From a bacterium (lineage in GTDB: Bacteria > Electryoneota > Electryoneia > Electryoneales > Electryoneaceae), in the NCBI GenBank assembly GCA_963675295.2, contig CAXXKJ010000002.1, positions 192,001 through 256,000 on the forward strand: a DNA stretch of 64,000 nucleotides, read 5' to 3'. Positions 1 to 10,378 of the stretch are shown here, piece by piece (position 1 is the first letter of the stretch; the number at the start of each line of letters is the position of its first letter). Position numbers and translations under genes: made by a program. The notes under the pieces are model-generated. The model did not search any database. It was not told where the DNA came from and saw only the letters and a program-made list of their open reading frames with translations.

Positions 1-1161
1 GTCTGGACCGAGCGTGCGCGTGTCGAGGACGCGTTCACCTACGCCCAGCTCGGGGTGGTCGCGTACAAGCTGAAGGGTGAGGACGATCCCGGCCTGGTTG
101 CGGACAGTCTCGCGATGCTGGCGGAAGGCGCGAGCGGCGATCCAGACCGCAAGCATCTCCCGTTTTCGCAGTATCACAGCCTGAATCAACGCACGGCGGA
201 CGTCTTCCGCACCGCAGTCGACCAGGTCGCGCAGACGAGTGCGACGGTGCTGATCACCGGCGAATCCGGCACCGGCAAGGAGCTGCTCGCGCGCACCATC
301 CACGCCGCCAGTTTGCGCAAGGACCAGCCGTTTGTCGCGGTCAACGCCGGCGCGTTACCGGAATCCCTGGTCGAGAGCGAACTGTTCGGCCATGAAAAGG
401 GCGCGTTCACCGGTGCAAGCGCGCAACGTATCGGCCGGTTCGAGGCGGCGGACGGCGGCACCTTTTTCCTAGACGAAATCGGTGACCTCTCGCCGGTGGT
501 GCAGTCGAAGTTGTTGCGTGTACTGCAGGAACACGTCATCGAACGGATCGGATCCAACGCGCCGGTCCATGTGGACGTCCGCATCATCGCCGCGACCAAC
601 AAGAACCTGAAATCGTTGGTGCAAAAGGGTATCTTCCGTGAGGATCTGTACTACCGGCTGAGCGTGATCGAGCTGGAACTGCCGCCGTTGCGGGAACGGT
701 CGGAGGACATCCCCGGCCTCGCGGTGTACTTCATGAACCGGTTTCGCAAGCAGGTTGGGCGTTCGCGCCTGGTACTGACGAAACAGGCGCTGGAAGCCCT
801 GCAGGGTTATGCCTGGCCCGGGAACGTTCGCGAGCTGGCGAACGTGATGGAACGAGCGGTGATCCTCGCGAAGGGGGACCGGATCGACGTGCGCGACCTT
901 GGCGCGACGATCCGCAGCACACAGCCGAAGCCGCCGTCCTTGCGTGACTTACGCACCGCGCGGGCGGACTTCGAACGTGATTTTATCCTGCGCGCGTTGC
1001 AACGCAATGACGGCAACGTGTCCGAGACCAGCGCGACGCTCGGACTTGCGCGGAAGAATTTGCAGGAAAAAATTCGCCGGTACGAGATTGATGTGGATGC
1101 GCTGCGCACCACCGCGCGGCAGAACAAGGGAGGGCAGGCGTCCTCGGAAGACGACGTCTGA
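1..1161 (+). CDS. sigma54-dependent transcriptional activator (NtrC/Fis family), 5' end outside window
   Basis: Frame is open from base 1. Walker [24 protein letters not shown], Walker [16 protein letters not shown] and a C-terminal Fis-type HTH. Confidence 0.93.
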   Translation, partial: VWTERARVEDAFTYAQLGVVAYKLKGEDDPGLVADSLAMLAEGASGDPDRKHLPFSQYHSLNQRTADVFRTAVDQVAQTSATVLITGESGTGKELLARTIHAASLRKDQPFVAVNAGALPESLVESELFGHEKGAFTGASAQRIGRFEAADGGTFFLDEIGDLSPVVQSKLLRVLQEHVIERIGSNAPVHVDVRIIAATNKNLKSLVQKGIFREDLYYRLSVIELELPPLRERSEDIPGLAVYFMNRFRKQVGRSRLVLTKQALEALQGYAWPGNVRELANVMERAVILAKGDRIDVRDLGATIRSTQPKPPSLRDLRTARADFERDFILRALQRNDGNVSETSATLGLARKNLQEKIRRYEIDVDALRTTARQNKGGQASSEDDV

Positions 1162-1172
1162 TCCAGGTACGG

Positions 1173-2552
1173 ATGACCAATCGCGACGACCGTATGTTGC
1201 TGCTCTGGCCGTTGTTGACCGCCGTGCTCGATTTCGGCGTGTTGACCGGCAGCTTCATGCTCTCCTACCAGATCCGTTTCTCGCAATGGTTCTACGACCA
1301 CATTCTGCGTCTGCTGTTCCCGATGGAACCGCCGTGGAGCATGTATGTCACCTCCGCGTTCATCTGGGCGGCGATCATCGTACTGTCAATGGCGTTTTCC
1401 GGCGTCTACAAGGTCTCATTCCGCATCTCGACCACCCACGAAATCGCTTTCACCCTCTACCGCTACTTCATCGGCTGGGCGGTTCTGTCGGCGCTGTTGT
1501 TCTTCTACCGTGAGCTGGAATATTCGCGTCTCGTCGCGATGATCTCGCTGTTCCTCGGCGGGGCCGGATTGATCCTCATCCGGCTGATCATCAGCGCGAT
1601 CCGGGAGAAGGTGTTCCGGCGGAATCCATTGCACCGTGCGTTGGTGGTGGGGCCGTTGGCGGACGCCCTCAGCGCCCGTCTCGAGAACAATCCGCGCACC
1701 GGCCTCGTCGTAATCGGCAAAATCACCGCGCCGGAACGTGACGAAAAACGCCTCGACAAGTTCATCACCAGGGAAACGCCGGACACGGTCATCCTCGCGT
1801 ACCCGTTCAACGAGTTCAGCGTTGCGCGTTCGGTGATCGAGATGCTCGAGGGCAAACGCCTGATCTTCCTCTACGCGCCGGAACCGGCCGGATTCTCCCC
1901 GGGCCGGCTGGCGACGATCACCCTCGCCGGTGTGCCGGTGATCCGTCTGCGCGAAGACCCTGTTGCCGGCTGGAACGGGCTGATCAAACGCGCGTTCGAC
2001 ATTTTCGTCAGCGGCATCCTGATCATCCTGACCTCGCCGATCCTCGCCACGCTGGCGCTGGCGGTGAAATTCTCCAGCCCCGGCCCAGTGATCTTCAAGC
2101 AGGTACGGGTCGGATTGGATAACCGGCCATTCACCATTTTCAAGTACCGTTCGATGCGTCCCGACGCCGAGGCGAAAACCGGCCCGGTGTGGGCGAAGCC
2201 GGGGGACGACCGCACGACGAAGGTCGGCGCGTGGCTGCGGCGTTGGTCCTTGGACGAACTCCCGCAACTGTTCAACGTCTTCATGGGCGACATGAGCCTT
2301 GTCGGCCCGCGTCCGGAACGCCCGGAATTCGTCCGCCAGTTCGAGGGCGAGGTGCCGCAGTACAACGAGCGTCACCGCGTGCGCGCCGGCATGACCGGCT
2401 GGGCGCAGGTGAACGGCCTCCGTGGCCAGGCACCGATCGAACAACGCACACGGTACGACGTCTACTACGTGGAAAACTGGTCACTCGGCCTTGATCTGAT
2501 GATCCTCGCGCGGACCTTGGTCGCGGTTGTGGCGGGGCGTGATGCGTATTGA
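1173..2552 (+). CDS. undecaprenyl-phosphate glucose phosphotransferase / polyprenyl glycosylphosphotransferase (WcaJ-like)
   Basis: N-terminal TM helices; C-terminal Bac_transf motifs KRAFD, FKYRSM, SLDELPQLFNV, MSLVGPRPE, GMTGWAQVNG. Confidence 0.92.
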   Translation: MTNRDDRMLLLWPLLTAVLDFGVLTGSFMLSYQIRFSQWFYDHILRLLFPMEPPWSMYVTSAFIWAAIIVLSMAFSGVYKVSFRISTTHEIAFTLYRYFIGWAVLSALLFFYRELEYSRLVAMISLFLGGAGLILIRLIISAIREKVFRRNPLHRALVVGPLADALSARLENNPRTGLVVIGKITAPERDEKRLDKFITRETPDTVILAYPFNEFSVARSVIEMLEGKRLIFLYAPEPAGFSPGRLATITLAGVPVIRLREDPVAGWNGLIKRAFDIFVSGILIILTSPILATLALAVKFSSPGPVIFKQVRVGLDNRPFTIFKYRSMRPDAEAKTGPVWAKPGDDRTTKVGAWLRRWSLDELPQLFNVFMGDMSLVGPRPERPEFVRQFEGEVPQYNERHRVRAGMTGWAQVNGLRGQAPIEQRTRYDVYYVENWSLGLDLMILARTLVAVVAGRDAY

Positions 2553-2609
2553 AGCTTGACAATCCCCATCTCCCCGGAGTAAGAATTTTATTAAATTTGC
2601 TTCGCGCTA

Positions 2610-2637
2610 TTGACAGCTAACAATGGTGCTGTATCTT
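2610..2637 (+). promoter_or_regulatory. putative sigma70 promoter (TTGACA-16 nt-TATCTT) for the FG-GAP gene
   Basis: Perfect -35 TTGACA at 2610-2615 and TATCTT at 2632-2637 in an AT-rich intergenic region. Confidence 0.45.
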
Positions 2638-2708
2638 ATTAGAGCCCCCCGCAACTCGGGTCAGCGGAGACCCGGCAATGTCCATTTCTGGAGAGAGGGA
2701 GGTGTATC

Positions 2709-4665
2709 ATGCGTACGATTATTGGTGTTGTCTGCGTTTTTTTTTATTTTTGGTATTGATGCCCACTGTTGGGTACAACACACTGTGATGAGTGGCAGTA
2801 CCGCAAGAAGATCAACTCATGTACTCGTAGGCGAATTCATGGGGACAAGCTGGCCAAACGGAAATCCAGACATCGTTGCAAGTTTCTATGGGTTGGACGT
2901 AAACGGCAGAGAAGATGGTTCTTTCCAGGCAGCTTATGATTACAGTTTCAACGGAGGAGTATTCACTTTCTCCAACGAGATGATTGAGGGACCTGTCACT
3001 GCCGCCGCAGGTATGGCTACTGGTGATCTCGATGGAGACGGCGATCAGGATATTATCGGCGTAAGTCGAGCTGACGAACCCGATGGATATATTGCTTGGT
3101 GGTACTGGGATGATTCTTCTGCATATTGGCAGCTCGGGGATACAATTGATGATGAATTAGATCAACCCACAAATGTTGCCATAGGAGACATTGACGGTGA
3201 TGAGGATTTTGATGTCGTCGCGACGATATACGGCCCCGGAACATCATATACGGGAAGCCTTCTTGCGTGGTATGAAAATGTGGATGGCGACGGAACAAAC
3301 TGGACCAGGCACGACATTGACACCATTACTAACCCTTACGCGGTCGAGGTCGGATACCTGAATCTGGATGGTATCCTGGACATCGTCTGTACGTCCACTA
3401 ACCTCGTAAGCCTGGACGAGGAGGGCGTTTACATCTATTATGGTTTGGGTAGTTCCCCTTGGTTCAACAGCACACCCGACGAAGATTTCAATATCGGGTC
3501 GTTGAAAAGTCCTCGATCCGTGAGGATTGCCGATTTTGATTATGATGATATTAACGATTTAGTAGTAGCATTCACGGGTCATCATCAACCCGATTATGAC
3601 TACAATATCATCATGATATTTGGTGAAGCTGACACCTACCCCGACGTGAACTGGGTGGATGCCCGTTCATTGAATCCTAATTTTGCCACCTGCAGGGATG
3701 TTTATCCGGTTGATTTGGATAATGACGGTGATTTTGACCTCGCTGCATCCAGCTTGTGGGGACAAGAAATCTATGCTTTTTACTGCCCGGATTCGCCGGA
3801 TGATCCAAGGGAGGATGATTGGGACGAGGATGATGTTGGGTCTTGTGAGGTAGCAAAAGGACTCGCTGTAGGTGAATTTACCGGCGACGACTATCCTGAA
3901 ATTGTCGCATCGTCTTTCAAATGGGATGCGATACAGAGTACTGGATATGTTTATCTGTATGAGAATGAACTCGGTGGTGATTCGTTTGAATCGGAATCGC
4001 TGACAGTCAGTTGTGCATCGACTGCGATTCTCAACAACACCCTTTCTTATAGTTACAGCTATACTCTCGACGAAGAATCAGAGGTCGAACTCTATGCCTG
4101 GTATAAAGTGGTTACTCCCGGGTTCGACATCATTGCACAATCACCGGTCGATACATTGGGAACGGAAGAAGATACGTACACAGGCGGTGGCACAGTCTCT
4201 ATTCCAGATTCCATGTTTTCAGTTGGCGACAGATGCCAGTTTTTCTTTGGTGTCGGCCACACGGTTTCCATTTCAGAAACAGATCCTCCGGAAGAAATCC
4301 TCTTCGGTGACGAAACTGAAATGGCATGGTTTGAGGTCGTTTCGCAGAACGAAATCGAAGGAAATGGTAGCGCAGACGCCTACTCAGTTGCATTACCCTC
4401 TGTTTACAGTATTGAAAGTATCCAGCCCAATCCGTTTAATCCCACGACAACTATTACAGTAGCTCTTCCGGAAGCTGCCAGACTGAGTGTCCAGATTTAC
4501 AACCTGTCCGGCCAACGCGTTGCGAACCTTGCGAATGGATATTATTGTGCGGGCCGCCATGCGTTTATTTTCGATGGCAGCGAGTGTTCAAGTGGTTTAT
4601 ATTTCGTTCGTGCGAATGTTGCAGACAGACTTGATGAAGTCCGTAAACTGACTCTGTTGAAGTGA
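2709..4665 (+). CDS. FG-GAP/VCBS-repeat secreted protein with T9SS C-terminal domain; frameshifted at T9 tract 2737-2745 in the signal peptide
   Basis: Repeated GDxDGDxDxD motifs and a PNPFNP...KLTLLK CTD. GGAGG plus ATG 2709 is out of frame with the body by one base at the T9 run. Confidence 0.8.
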
Positions 4666-4734
4666 ACGTAAGTGGATTCCGGTACCCCGGTGCGGCCCTA
4701 GCGCCGGGGCACCAGATTTCCGAAAGGAAGGGTC

Positions 4735-6141
4735 ATGAAAATCAAATGTCTGCTCTCGGTTATTGCGCTCATTTCCAGCGCTTTCTGCGTCAACTCGCAG
4801 GTTGCACCATCCCCAATTCATTGCAATATCGGCTTGGTTTCGGGTGGATCAGTGCAGTTGATGTGGGAATCCGGTCCGTTGAACGGACTCTATGAGGATT
4901 TTAATGACGGAGTTGCCCAGGATTTTGAGTTCTGGACACCATCTGCTGACGGATTACCTCAGTATTCTTACTACATAATAGATAATGGATATACAGAAAT
5001 ATATTCAGACAATGAGCATGATTATTGGGGTTCGGGAGCCTGTGAAATTATCGAATTTACTGATTTTACTTGTGAAGTGGAAATCCACAATATCCAAGGT
5101 GGTTCTTCTCGTGGAATTTTATTTCGAGGTGATGGGCCAAGAGATAGTAATTATAATGGTTATGGGTTTCTCTATGGCTATAACTATGGGATAGATAGAT
5201 ATTCTGTTGTACAATGGGTTGGTGGTTTTCCAGGGCCTATTATTGATTGGACGGAATCAGACGCGCTTAATAGTGGAGACGGGGCAATAAATGTATTAAA
5301 AGTAGTTGGCAATGGATCTATTTTCGACTTCTATATTAATGGCATCTATGTTGACACTGACTCAGATCTTGATTTTTCAAGTGGTTATGTTGGCTTTATG
5401 CAGGCTCCTAGTGTAACGGCGAAATACAATTATATAACTTGCACCTACAATGCACAATTGCAGGATCGTTCTGTAGAACCTCAGCGCGGTGAACAAGTTG
5501 AGGGCTGGTTCGACGATGCTGGCCGTCCGATGGATCATCCGCCGGTTATGTATGAGGCGTATGAACGGCAACTTGACACAAAAAGAGAGATCCTTCATTT
5601 CATTCAGGATGACATGCCTGACGAAGTCGACGAGTTCGTCGAATACCGGATCTACCGCAACGGCGTGTTTATTGGCGCGACGCCTGACACGGTATTCACC
5701 GACCAACTCCCGAACTACGGCGAGTTCGAATACCGCGTCACAGCCTTTTACGATCCCGAAGGTGAATCGATTCCCAGCGTTCCGGCAACGGTCAACTGGC
5801 AACCGGTAACGTATTCCCTCGCCGGTGTCAACACCGTCGTCCCGCACACCGGCGGTACGATCACCTATGACGCTCTCTTGTTCAACGAGCTGCCGCAGAC
5901 GTTCCAGAACGCCAGCTATCGCGTCTACGTCACTACGCCGAATCATTCCGTGGTCGGGCCGGTATTCCAGCGTAATTTTAATCTCGCACCTGGCGCTTAC
6001 CATTCGATTCCCGGAATGACACAGACAATCCCGGCCGGTGCACCACCGGGTAACTACTTTTTACACGGACGGTTGTACTACCAGGGCCAACCGGTGTACG
6101 AACAGACCTTCCAGTTCGACAAAATGGGCGGCGGTGACTAA
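4735..6141 (+). CDS. secreted protein: lectin/DUF1080-like beta-sandwich + FN3-like + shared Ig-like C-terminal domain (no T9SS CTD)
   Basis: Signal peptide; FYING...SGYVGF pattern; YRIYRNG...YRVTAFY FN3-like segment; ends at FQFDK followed by MGGGD. Confidence 0.7.
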   Translation: MKIKCLLSVIALISSAFCVNSQVAPSPIHCNIGLVSGGSVQLMWESGPLNGLYEDFNDGVAQDFEFWTPSADGLPQYSYYIIDNGYTEIYSDNEHDYWGSGACEIIEFTDFTCEVEIHNIQGGSSRGILFRGDGPRDSNYNGYGFLYGYNYGIDRYSVVQWVGGFPGPIIDWTESDALNSGDGAINVLKVVGNGSIFDFYINGIYVDTDSDLDFSSGYVGFMQAPSVTAKYNYITCTYNAQLQDRSVEPQRGEQVEGWFDDAGRPMDHPPVMYEAYERQLDTKREILHFIQDDMPDEVDEFVEYRIYRNGVFIGATPDTVFTDQLPNYGEFEYRVTAFYDPEGESIPSVPATVNWQPVTYSLAGVNTVVPHTGGTITYDALLFNELPQTFQNASYRVYVTTPNHSVVGPVFQRNFNLAPGAYHSIPGMTQTIPAGAPPGNYFLHGRLYYQGQPVYEQTFQFDKMGGGD

Positions 6142-6209
6142 TACCAGGCGCCGTCCTTCCTCCCCCGCGTCTGTTGCACCACCCCCCAAAACAGCGCGAT
6201 ACTTCCGGC

Positions 6210-8030
6210 ATGAATGTCCTGCGACGGTTCTGGCCGTACATGCGTCCCCACTGGTGGCACGTGACGTTGTCACTGCTCGCCACGCTGCTGTTCGTCGTGT
6301 TCAACGGCGCGGCGTACTGGCTCAGCGCGAGTTTCCTCGCCGCGCTGTTCCAGGGCGGGCTTGACACCGGCGCGGGCGACGGGTCGCTCAACGACCTGTT
6401 GAAGCAGGCCACTGCCGCGCTATTGGTCACCGATTCGCCGCAGGGCACGTTGCTCCGTGCCGCGCTGGCGATCGTGATTGCGTTCCTCGGCAAGAACCTG
6501 TTTTCCTACATGCAGCTGTGGTACATCAGCTTCGTCGAACAGCGCGTGATCAAGGCGTTACGCGACGACCTGTTTTCCAAGCTGATGCGGCAGGACCTCG
6601 CGTTCTTCCAACGCGAACGCCGTGGCGACCTCATCTCCGGCGTCCTCAACGACGTCGAGCAGTTCAACCTCGCGCTGAACAAGAGCTTCACGAAGCTGAT
6701 CCGTGACCCGATCAACGCCGTCGTGGTGCTGTTTTTGTTGCTGGCGGTGTCGTGGAAGCTGACATTGGCCGCGCTGGTTGTTGTCCCGGCGGTGGGCTCG
6801 GTGGTGCTGTTGCTCGGTCGCAAGATCAAGAAACACGCGGTTCGTGTGCAGGAACGGATCGCCGACCTGACCGGCCGGCTGCAGGAGATGATCGCGGGCA
6901 TTCGTGTCGTCAAAGCGTTTACCGCCGAACCGCGCGAACGGTCAAGGTTCCACGGCCTCACCGGCCGCCACTACCGCAGCTCGATCTCTCAGGAGCGGTA
7001 CCGCCGGTTGGTCATCCCGCTCAACGAACTGGTCGGTGTGCTGATCATCAGCGTGCTGTTGTATGTCGGCGGCGAGCTGGTGCTGGTACGTGGAACGTTG
7101 GCGAGCGAGGACTTCATCCGCTTCCTCGTGCTGCTGTTCGCGTTGCTGACGCCGCTGCTGTCGCTGGGTAATGTGACCGCGAACATCAAGGTCGCCGAAG
7201 CCGCCGGAGACCGAGTCTTTCGCCTGATGGACAGCGTCCCGACCCTGCCAACCCCCGCGCAGCCGAAGCCGATTGACCGGTTTACCGGCGAGCTGAAGGT
7301 GGATCATGTCACCTTCCGTTACACCGACGACGCGCCCGCCGTCTTATCCGACATTGACCTCGCGATCCGTCCCGGCGAACGGTTGGCGATCGTCGGACGC
7401 TCCGGTTCCGGCAAATCCACGTTGCTCAATTTGCTGCCCCGTTTCTTCGACCCGACCGAGGGCCGGATCACGTTAAACGGCGGCGACTTGCGCGAGTTCG
7501 ACCCGAACGAACTCCGACGGTTGTTCGGGATTGTTACCCAGGACGTGATCCTCTTCCACACGACCATCGCGGAGAACATTGCGTACGGCCTCGACGATGT
7601 CACCGCCGACCAGATCCGTGCGGCGGCGATGGCGGCCAACGCCGGCGAGTTCATCCACACATTGCCCGAGGGCTACGATACCGTGGTCGGCGAAACCGGC
7701 GCGCTATTCAGCGGTGGTCAGCGGCAACGGATCAGCATTGCACGGGCGCTCCTGCGTGACCCACGGATTGTGCTGCTCGACGAAGCCACCTCCGCCCTCG
7801 ACGCCGAGTCTGAATCGGCGATCCAGGCGGCGCTGTCCCGGTTGACCGAGGGACGGACCGTGGTCACCGTGACCCATCGATTGGCGGCGGTGAAGGATCT
7901 ACCCCGAATCGTCGTGCTCGAACAGGGCCGTATCGCGGGCGAAGGTACCCACGCCGAGTTGTTGTCCTCCTGTGAACCGTATCGCGTCCTCGCCACCAGT
8001 CAGGGGTTGGTGGAGGGGGTCGAGTCATGA
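6210..8030 (+). CDS. MsbA-like ABC exporter (fused permease and ATPase)
   Basis: N-terminal TM domain; GRSGSGKST, FSGGQRQR, LLDEATSALD. Confidence 0.92.
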   Translation: MNVLRRFWPYMRPHWWHVTLSLLATLLFVVFNGAAYWLSASFLAALFQGGLDTGAGDGSLNDLLKQATAALLVTDSPQGTLLRAALAIVIAFLGKNLFSYMQLWYISFVEQRVIKALRDDLFSKLMRQDLAFFQRERRGDLISGVLNDVEQFNLALNKSFTKLIRDPINAVVVLFLLLAVSWKLTLAALVVVPAVGSVVLLLGRKIKKHAVRVQERIADLTGRLQEMIAGIRVVKAFTAEPRERSRFHGLTGRHYRSSISQERYRRLVIPLNELVGVLIISVLLYVGGELVLVRGTLASEDFIRFLVLLFALLTPLLSLGNVTANIKVAEAAGDRVFRLMDSVPTLPTPAQPKPIDRFTGELKVDHVTFRYTDDAPAVLSDIDLAIRPGERLAIVGRSGSGKSTLLNLLPRFFDPTEGRITLNGGDLREFDPNELRRLFGIVTQDVILFHTTIAENIAYGLDDVTADQIRAAAMAANAGEFIHTLPEGYDTVVGETGALFSGGQRQRISIARALLRDPRIVLLDEATSALDAESESAIQAALSRLTEGRTVVTVTHRLAAVKDLPRIVVLEQGRIAGEGTHAELLSSCEPYRVLATSQGLVEGVES

Positions 8031-9178
8031 CTGCGGACACCTCCGAGTGGAAACTCCGGATCACGATGCTGTGTTCGTCCACGGTCTGGGCGGGCACGGA
8101 AAAGTGGTCGTTGCGCACAGCGGAAACGCTCGCCGCGATGGGGCATGACGTTACCTTCATCGCACGCAAACCGCTGATGTTCATGGAGCGTCTGTCCAAA
8201 CCCGCGCCGTACAAGGATGGTCCCGGAACGCTGCACTTTCGTCCGCTCCCGTTGGTCAACGACGCCGACCTGTGGTCGTTTTACCTGCTGACCTCGTGGC
8301 TGCGTCGTCACGCCGATGTCCTCATCGCGACCCGGGTGCGTGACTACTGGCTCGGTGGCCTGGCCGCGAAACTGGCTGGTGTGCCGGAACTATTGCGGCT
8401 CGGTGTTGAACGCAAACCGCGCGAGGGCTACTGGCGGGACCGGCTGCGGTACGGCACCCTGCCTTCCGCGATCATGGTCAACGCGCACGCGATCAAGGAC
8501 ATTCTCGCGACCAGCCCGTTGATTGATCCGGACACCGTGCACGTGATCTACAACGGCGTCGAAACTCCCGGCCGGGGCGGTGACGAGATCCGCACAGGCG
8601 TGCGCACCGAACTCGGCCTGGCCGAGGGCGAGATCTTCGTGCTCGGCGCGGGACGGCTGGCGACCGAAAAGCGCTGGCATTGGGTGATCGAAGCGGCGGT
8701 AGAGTTGCGCAAACGTGGCATTCCGGTCCAGGCGTACGTGTTCGGCCACGGCAATGAGAACGCCAGCCTGATGAACCGTGTCGCCGAACTGAATGCCGGT
8801 GACTTCGTCAAATTCCCCGGCCTGACGGCGCACCTCGACCGTTACCTCGGCGCGGCGGATGTTGCGGTGATGTCGTCCAGAACCGAAGGTGTGTCCAATT
8901 CGATGCTCGAGGCGTTGGGACGTGGAGTTGCCACCCTCGCCACCTCGGCGGGTGGCGCTGCGGAGAAGCTGGTCTCAGGGCGTGACTTGATCCTCGTTGG
9001 GAACGATGACCAGGCGGAGTTCGTTGACCAGCTCGAAACGTTGTGCCGGGATGCTGAGTTGCGTGCGAAACTGGGTGCCCAAGGCCTGGAAACAGTGCGC
9101 AAGGAGTTCAGCTGGGAGCGGATGGGCCGGGAATTGAACGAGGTGCTACAAGGATTGGTACGGGCCAATGAAGGTTAG
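8027..9178 (+). CDS. glycosyltransferase family 4
   Basis: GT-B fold motifs AGRL, SRTEGVSNSMLEA; overlaps neighbouring genes (operon). Confidence 0.88.
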   Translation: MTADTSEWKLRITMLCSSTVWAGTEKWSLRTAETLAAMGHDVTFIARKPLMFMERLSKPAPYKDGPGTLHFRPLPLVNDADLWSFYLLTSWLRRHADVLIATRVRDYWLGGLAAKLAGVPELLRLGVERKPREGYWRDRLRYGTLPSAIMVNAHAIKDILATSPLIDPDTVHVIYNGVETPGRGGDEIRTGVRTELGLAEGEIFVLGAGRLATEKRWHWVIEAAVELRKRGIPVQAYVFGHGNENASLMNRVAELNAGDFVKFPGLTAHLDRYLGAADVAVMSSRTEGVSNSMLEALGRGVATLATSAGGAAEKLVSGRDLILVGNDDQAEFVDQLETLCRDAELRAKLGAQGLETVRKEFSWERMGRELNEVLQGLVRANEG

Positions 9179-10247
9179 TTTCGTCAACCTGGCCACCGAC
9201 TGGGGTGGCGGCGAGGGCTGGACCCTGCGCTCCGCCGTCGGCCTCGCCGAGCGGGGCCATGCCGTGACGTTGGTCGCACGGCACGGGTCGCCGTTCGCCG
9301 AACGCGCCACTGCCTCGCCGTTACCAACCCTCACCCTGCCAATCAGCTACGATTACCGTCCAGCGACCGTGTTCGCAATCCGTCGTCACCTGCGCGAAAC
9401 CGGCTGCGAGGTGGTCGTCGTGCATCACAACAAGGACGTCCGCACCGGCGGCGTCGCGGCAAAGCTGGACAAGCTGCCGGTGGTGCACCGCAACGGCTTC
9501 CCGGTGGTCAATAACACGTGGCGGCACCGCATCACCATGCGCTTCACCGACCGCATCCTGACCAACTCCACCCGCATTCGTGATACCTACCGCGCGCTAC
9601 GTTGGCTCACGGACAAACCGATGGATGTCGTCGCGAATGGAATCGACGTATCCACCATCCCCGCTCGTGATCCGCAGTTACGCGCCAGCTTCGGTTTCCC
9701 GGACGATGCCCTGATCGCGCTCTACGCCGGCCGTTTGACGGGGGTCAAACGTGTCGATGTGTTGCTGCACGCCGTCGCCACCCTGCCCGACCACAGCAGA
9801 TGGCACCTCGCAATCGCGGGCACCGGCGGGCAACGTGAGACGCTGGAACAGTTGGCGAATGAACTCAAGCTCGGCGACCGTGTGCGGTTTCTCGGGTACC
9901 GGGAGGATGCGCGCGCCCTGGCAGCATGTGCGGACCTCGGTGTGTTGCCGTCGCTGGATGAGGGCATGCCGAACGCGTTGATGGAAGCGATGGCGGCGGG
10001 TACACCGGTCGCCGCAACTCCCGCCGGGGACGTCGAATACCTGCTCGACAACGGGTCCGCCGGTTGGATCCTGCCGATGGGCGTGGTCGAACCGTGGGTT
10101 GATCTGCTGCGCGCGCTGGAGAAATCACCCGACCAGCTTCGCACGATGGGCGACACCGGGAAATCGCGCGTGCTCGAGCATTTCACGTTTGACCGCATGA
10201 TCGACGGCGTTGAGGCCTCCCTCCGCGCGGCGATTGGAAGCCGCTAA
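9168..10247 (+). CDS. glycosyltransferase family 4
   Basis: WGGGE, YAGRLTGVK, PSLDEGMPNALMEAMAAG. Confidence 0.9.
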   Translation: MKVSFVNLATDWGGGEGWTLRSAVGLAERGHAVTLVARHGSPFAERATASPLPTLTLPISYDYRPATVFAIRRHLRETGCEVVVVHHNKDVRTGGVAAKLDKLPVVHRNGFPVVNNTWRHRITMRFTDRILTNSTRIRDTYRALRWLTDKPMDVVANGIDVSTIPARDPQLRASFGFPDDALIALYAGRLTGVKRVDVLLHAVATLPDHSRWHLAIAGTGGQRETLEQLANELKLGDRVRFLGYREDARALAACADLGVLPSLDEGMPNALMEAMAAGTPVAATPAGDVEYLLDNGSAGWILPMGVVEPWVDLLRALEKSPDQLRTMGDTGKSRVLEHFTFDRMIDGVEASLRAAIGSR

Positions 10248-10378
10248 TCCCTGCTCAGCCGTCTCATCCGCCACAACCCCCGTCTTTTCTTTCTTCTGCC
10301 GGAACAGTACCTTGAACGATCTGTTTCAGGGGCAAAAGCGGGGCGCAGGGGCATGCGCCCGTGAGGAGCGCGCGGGAC

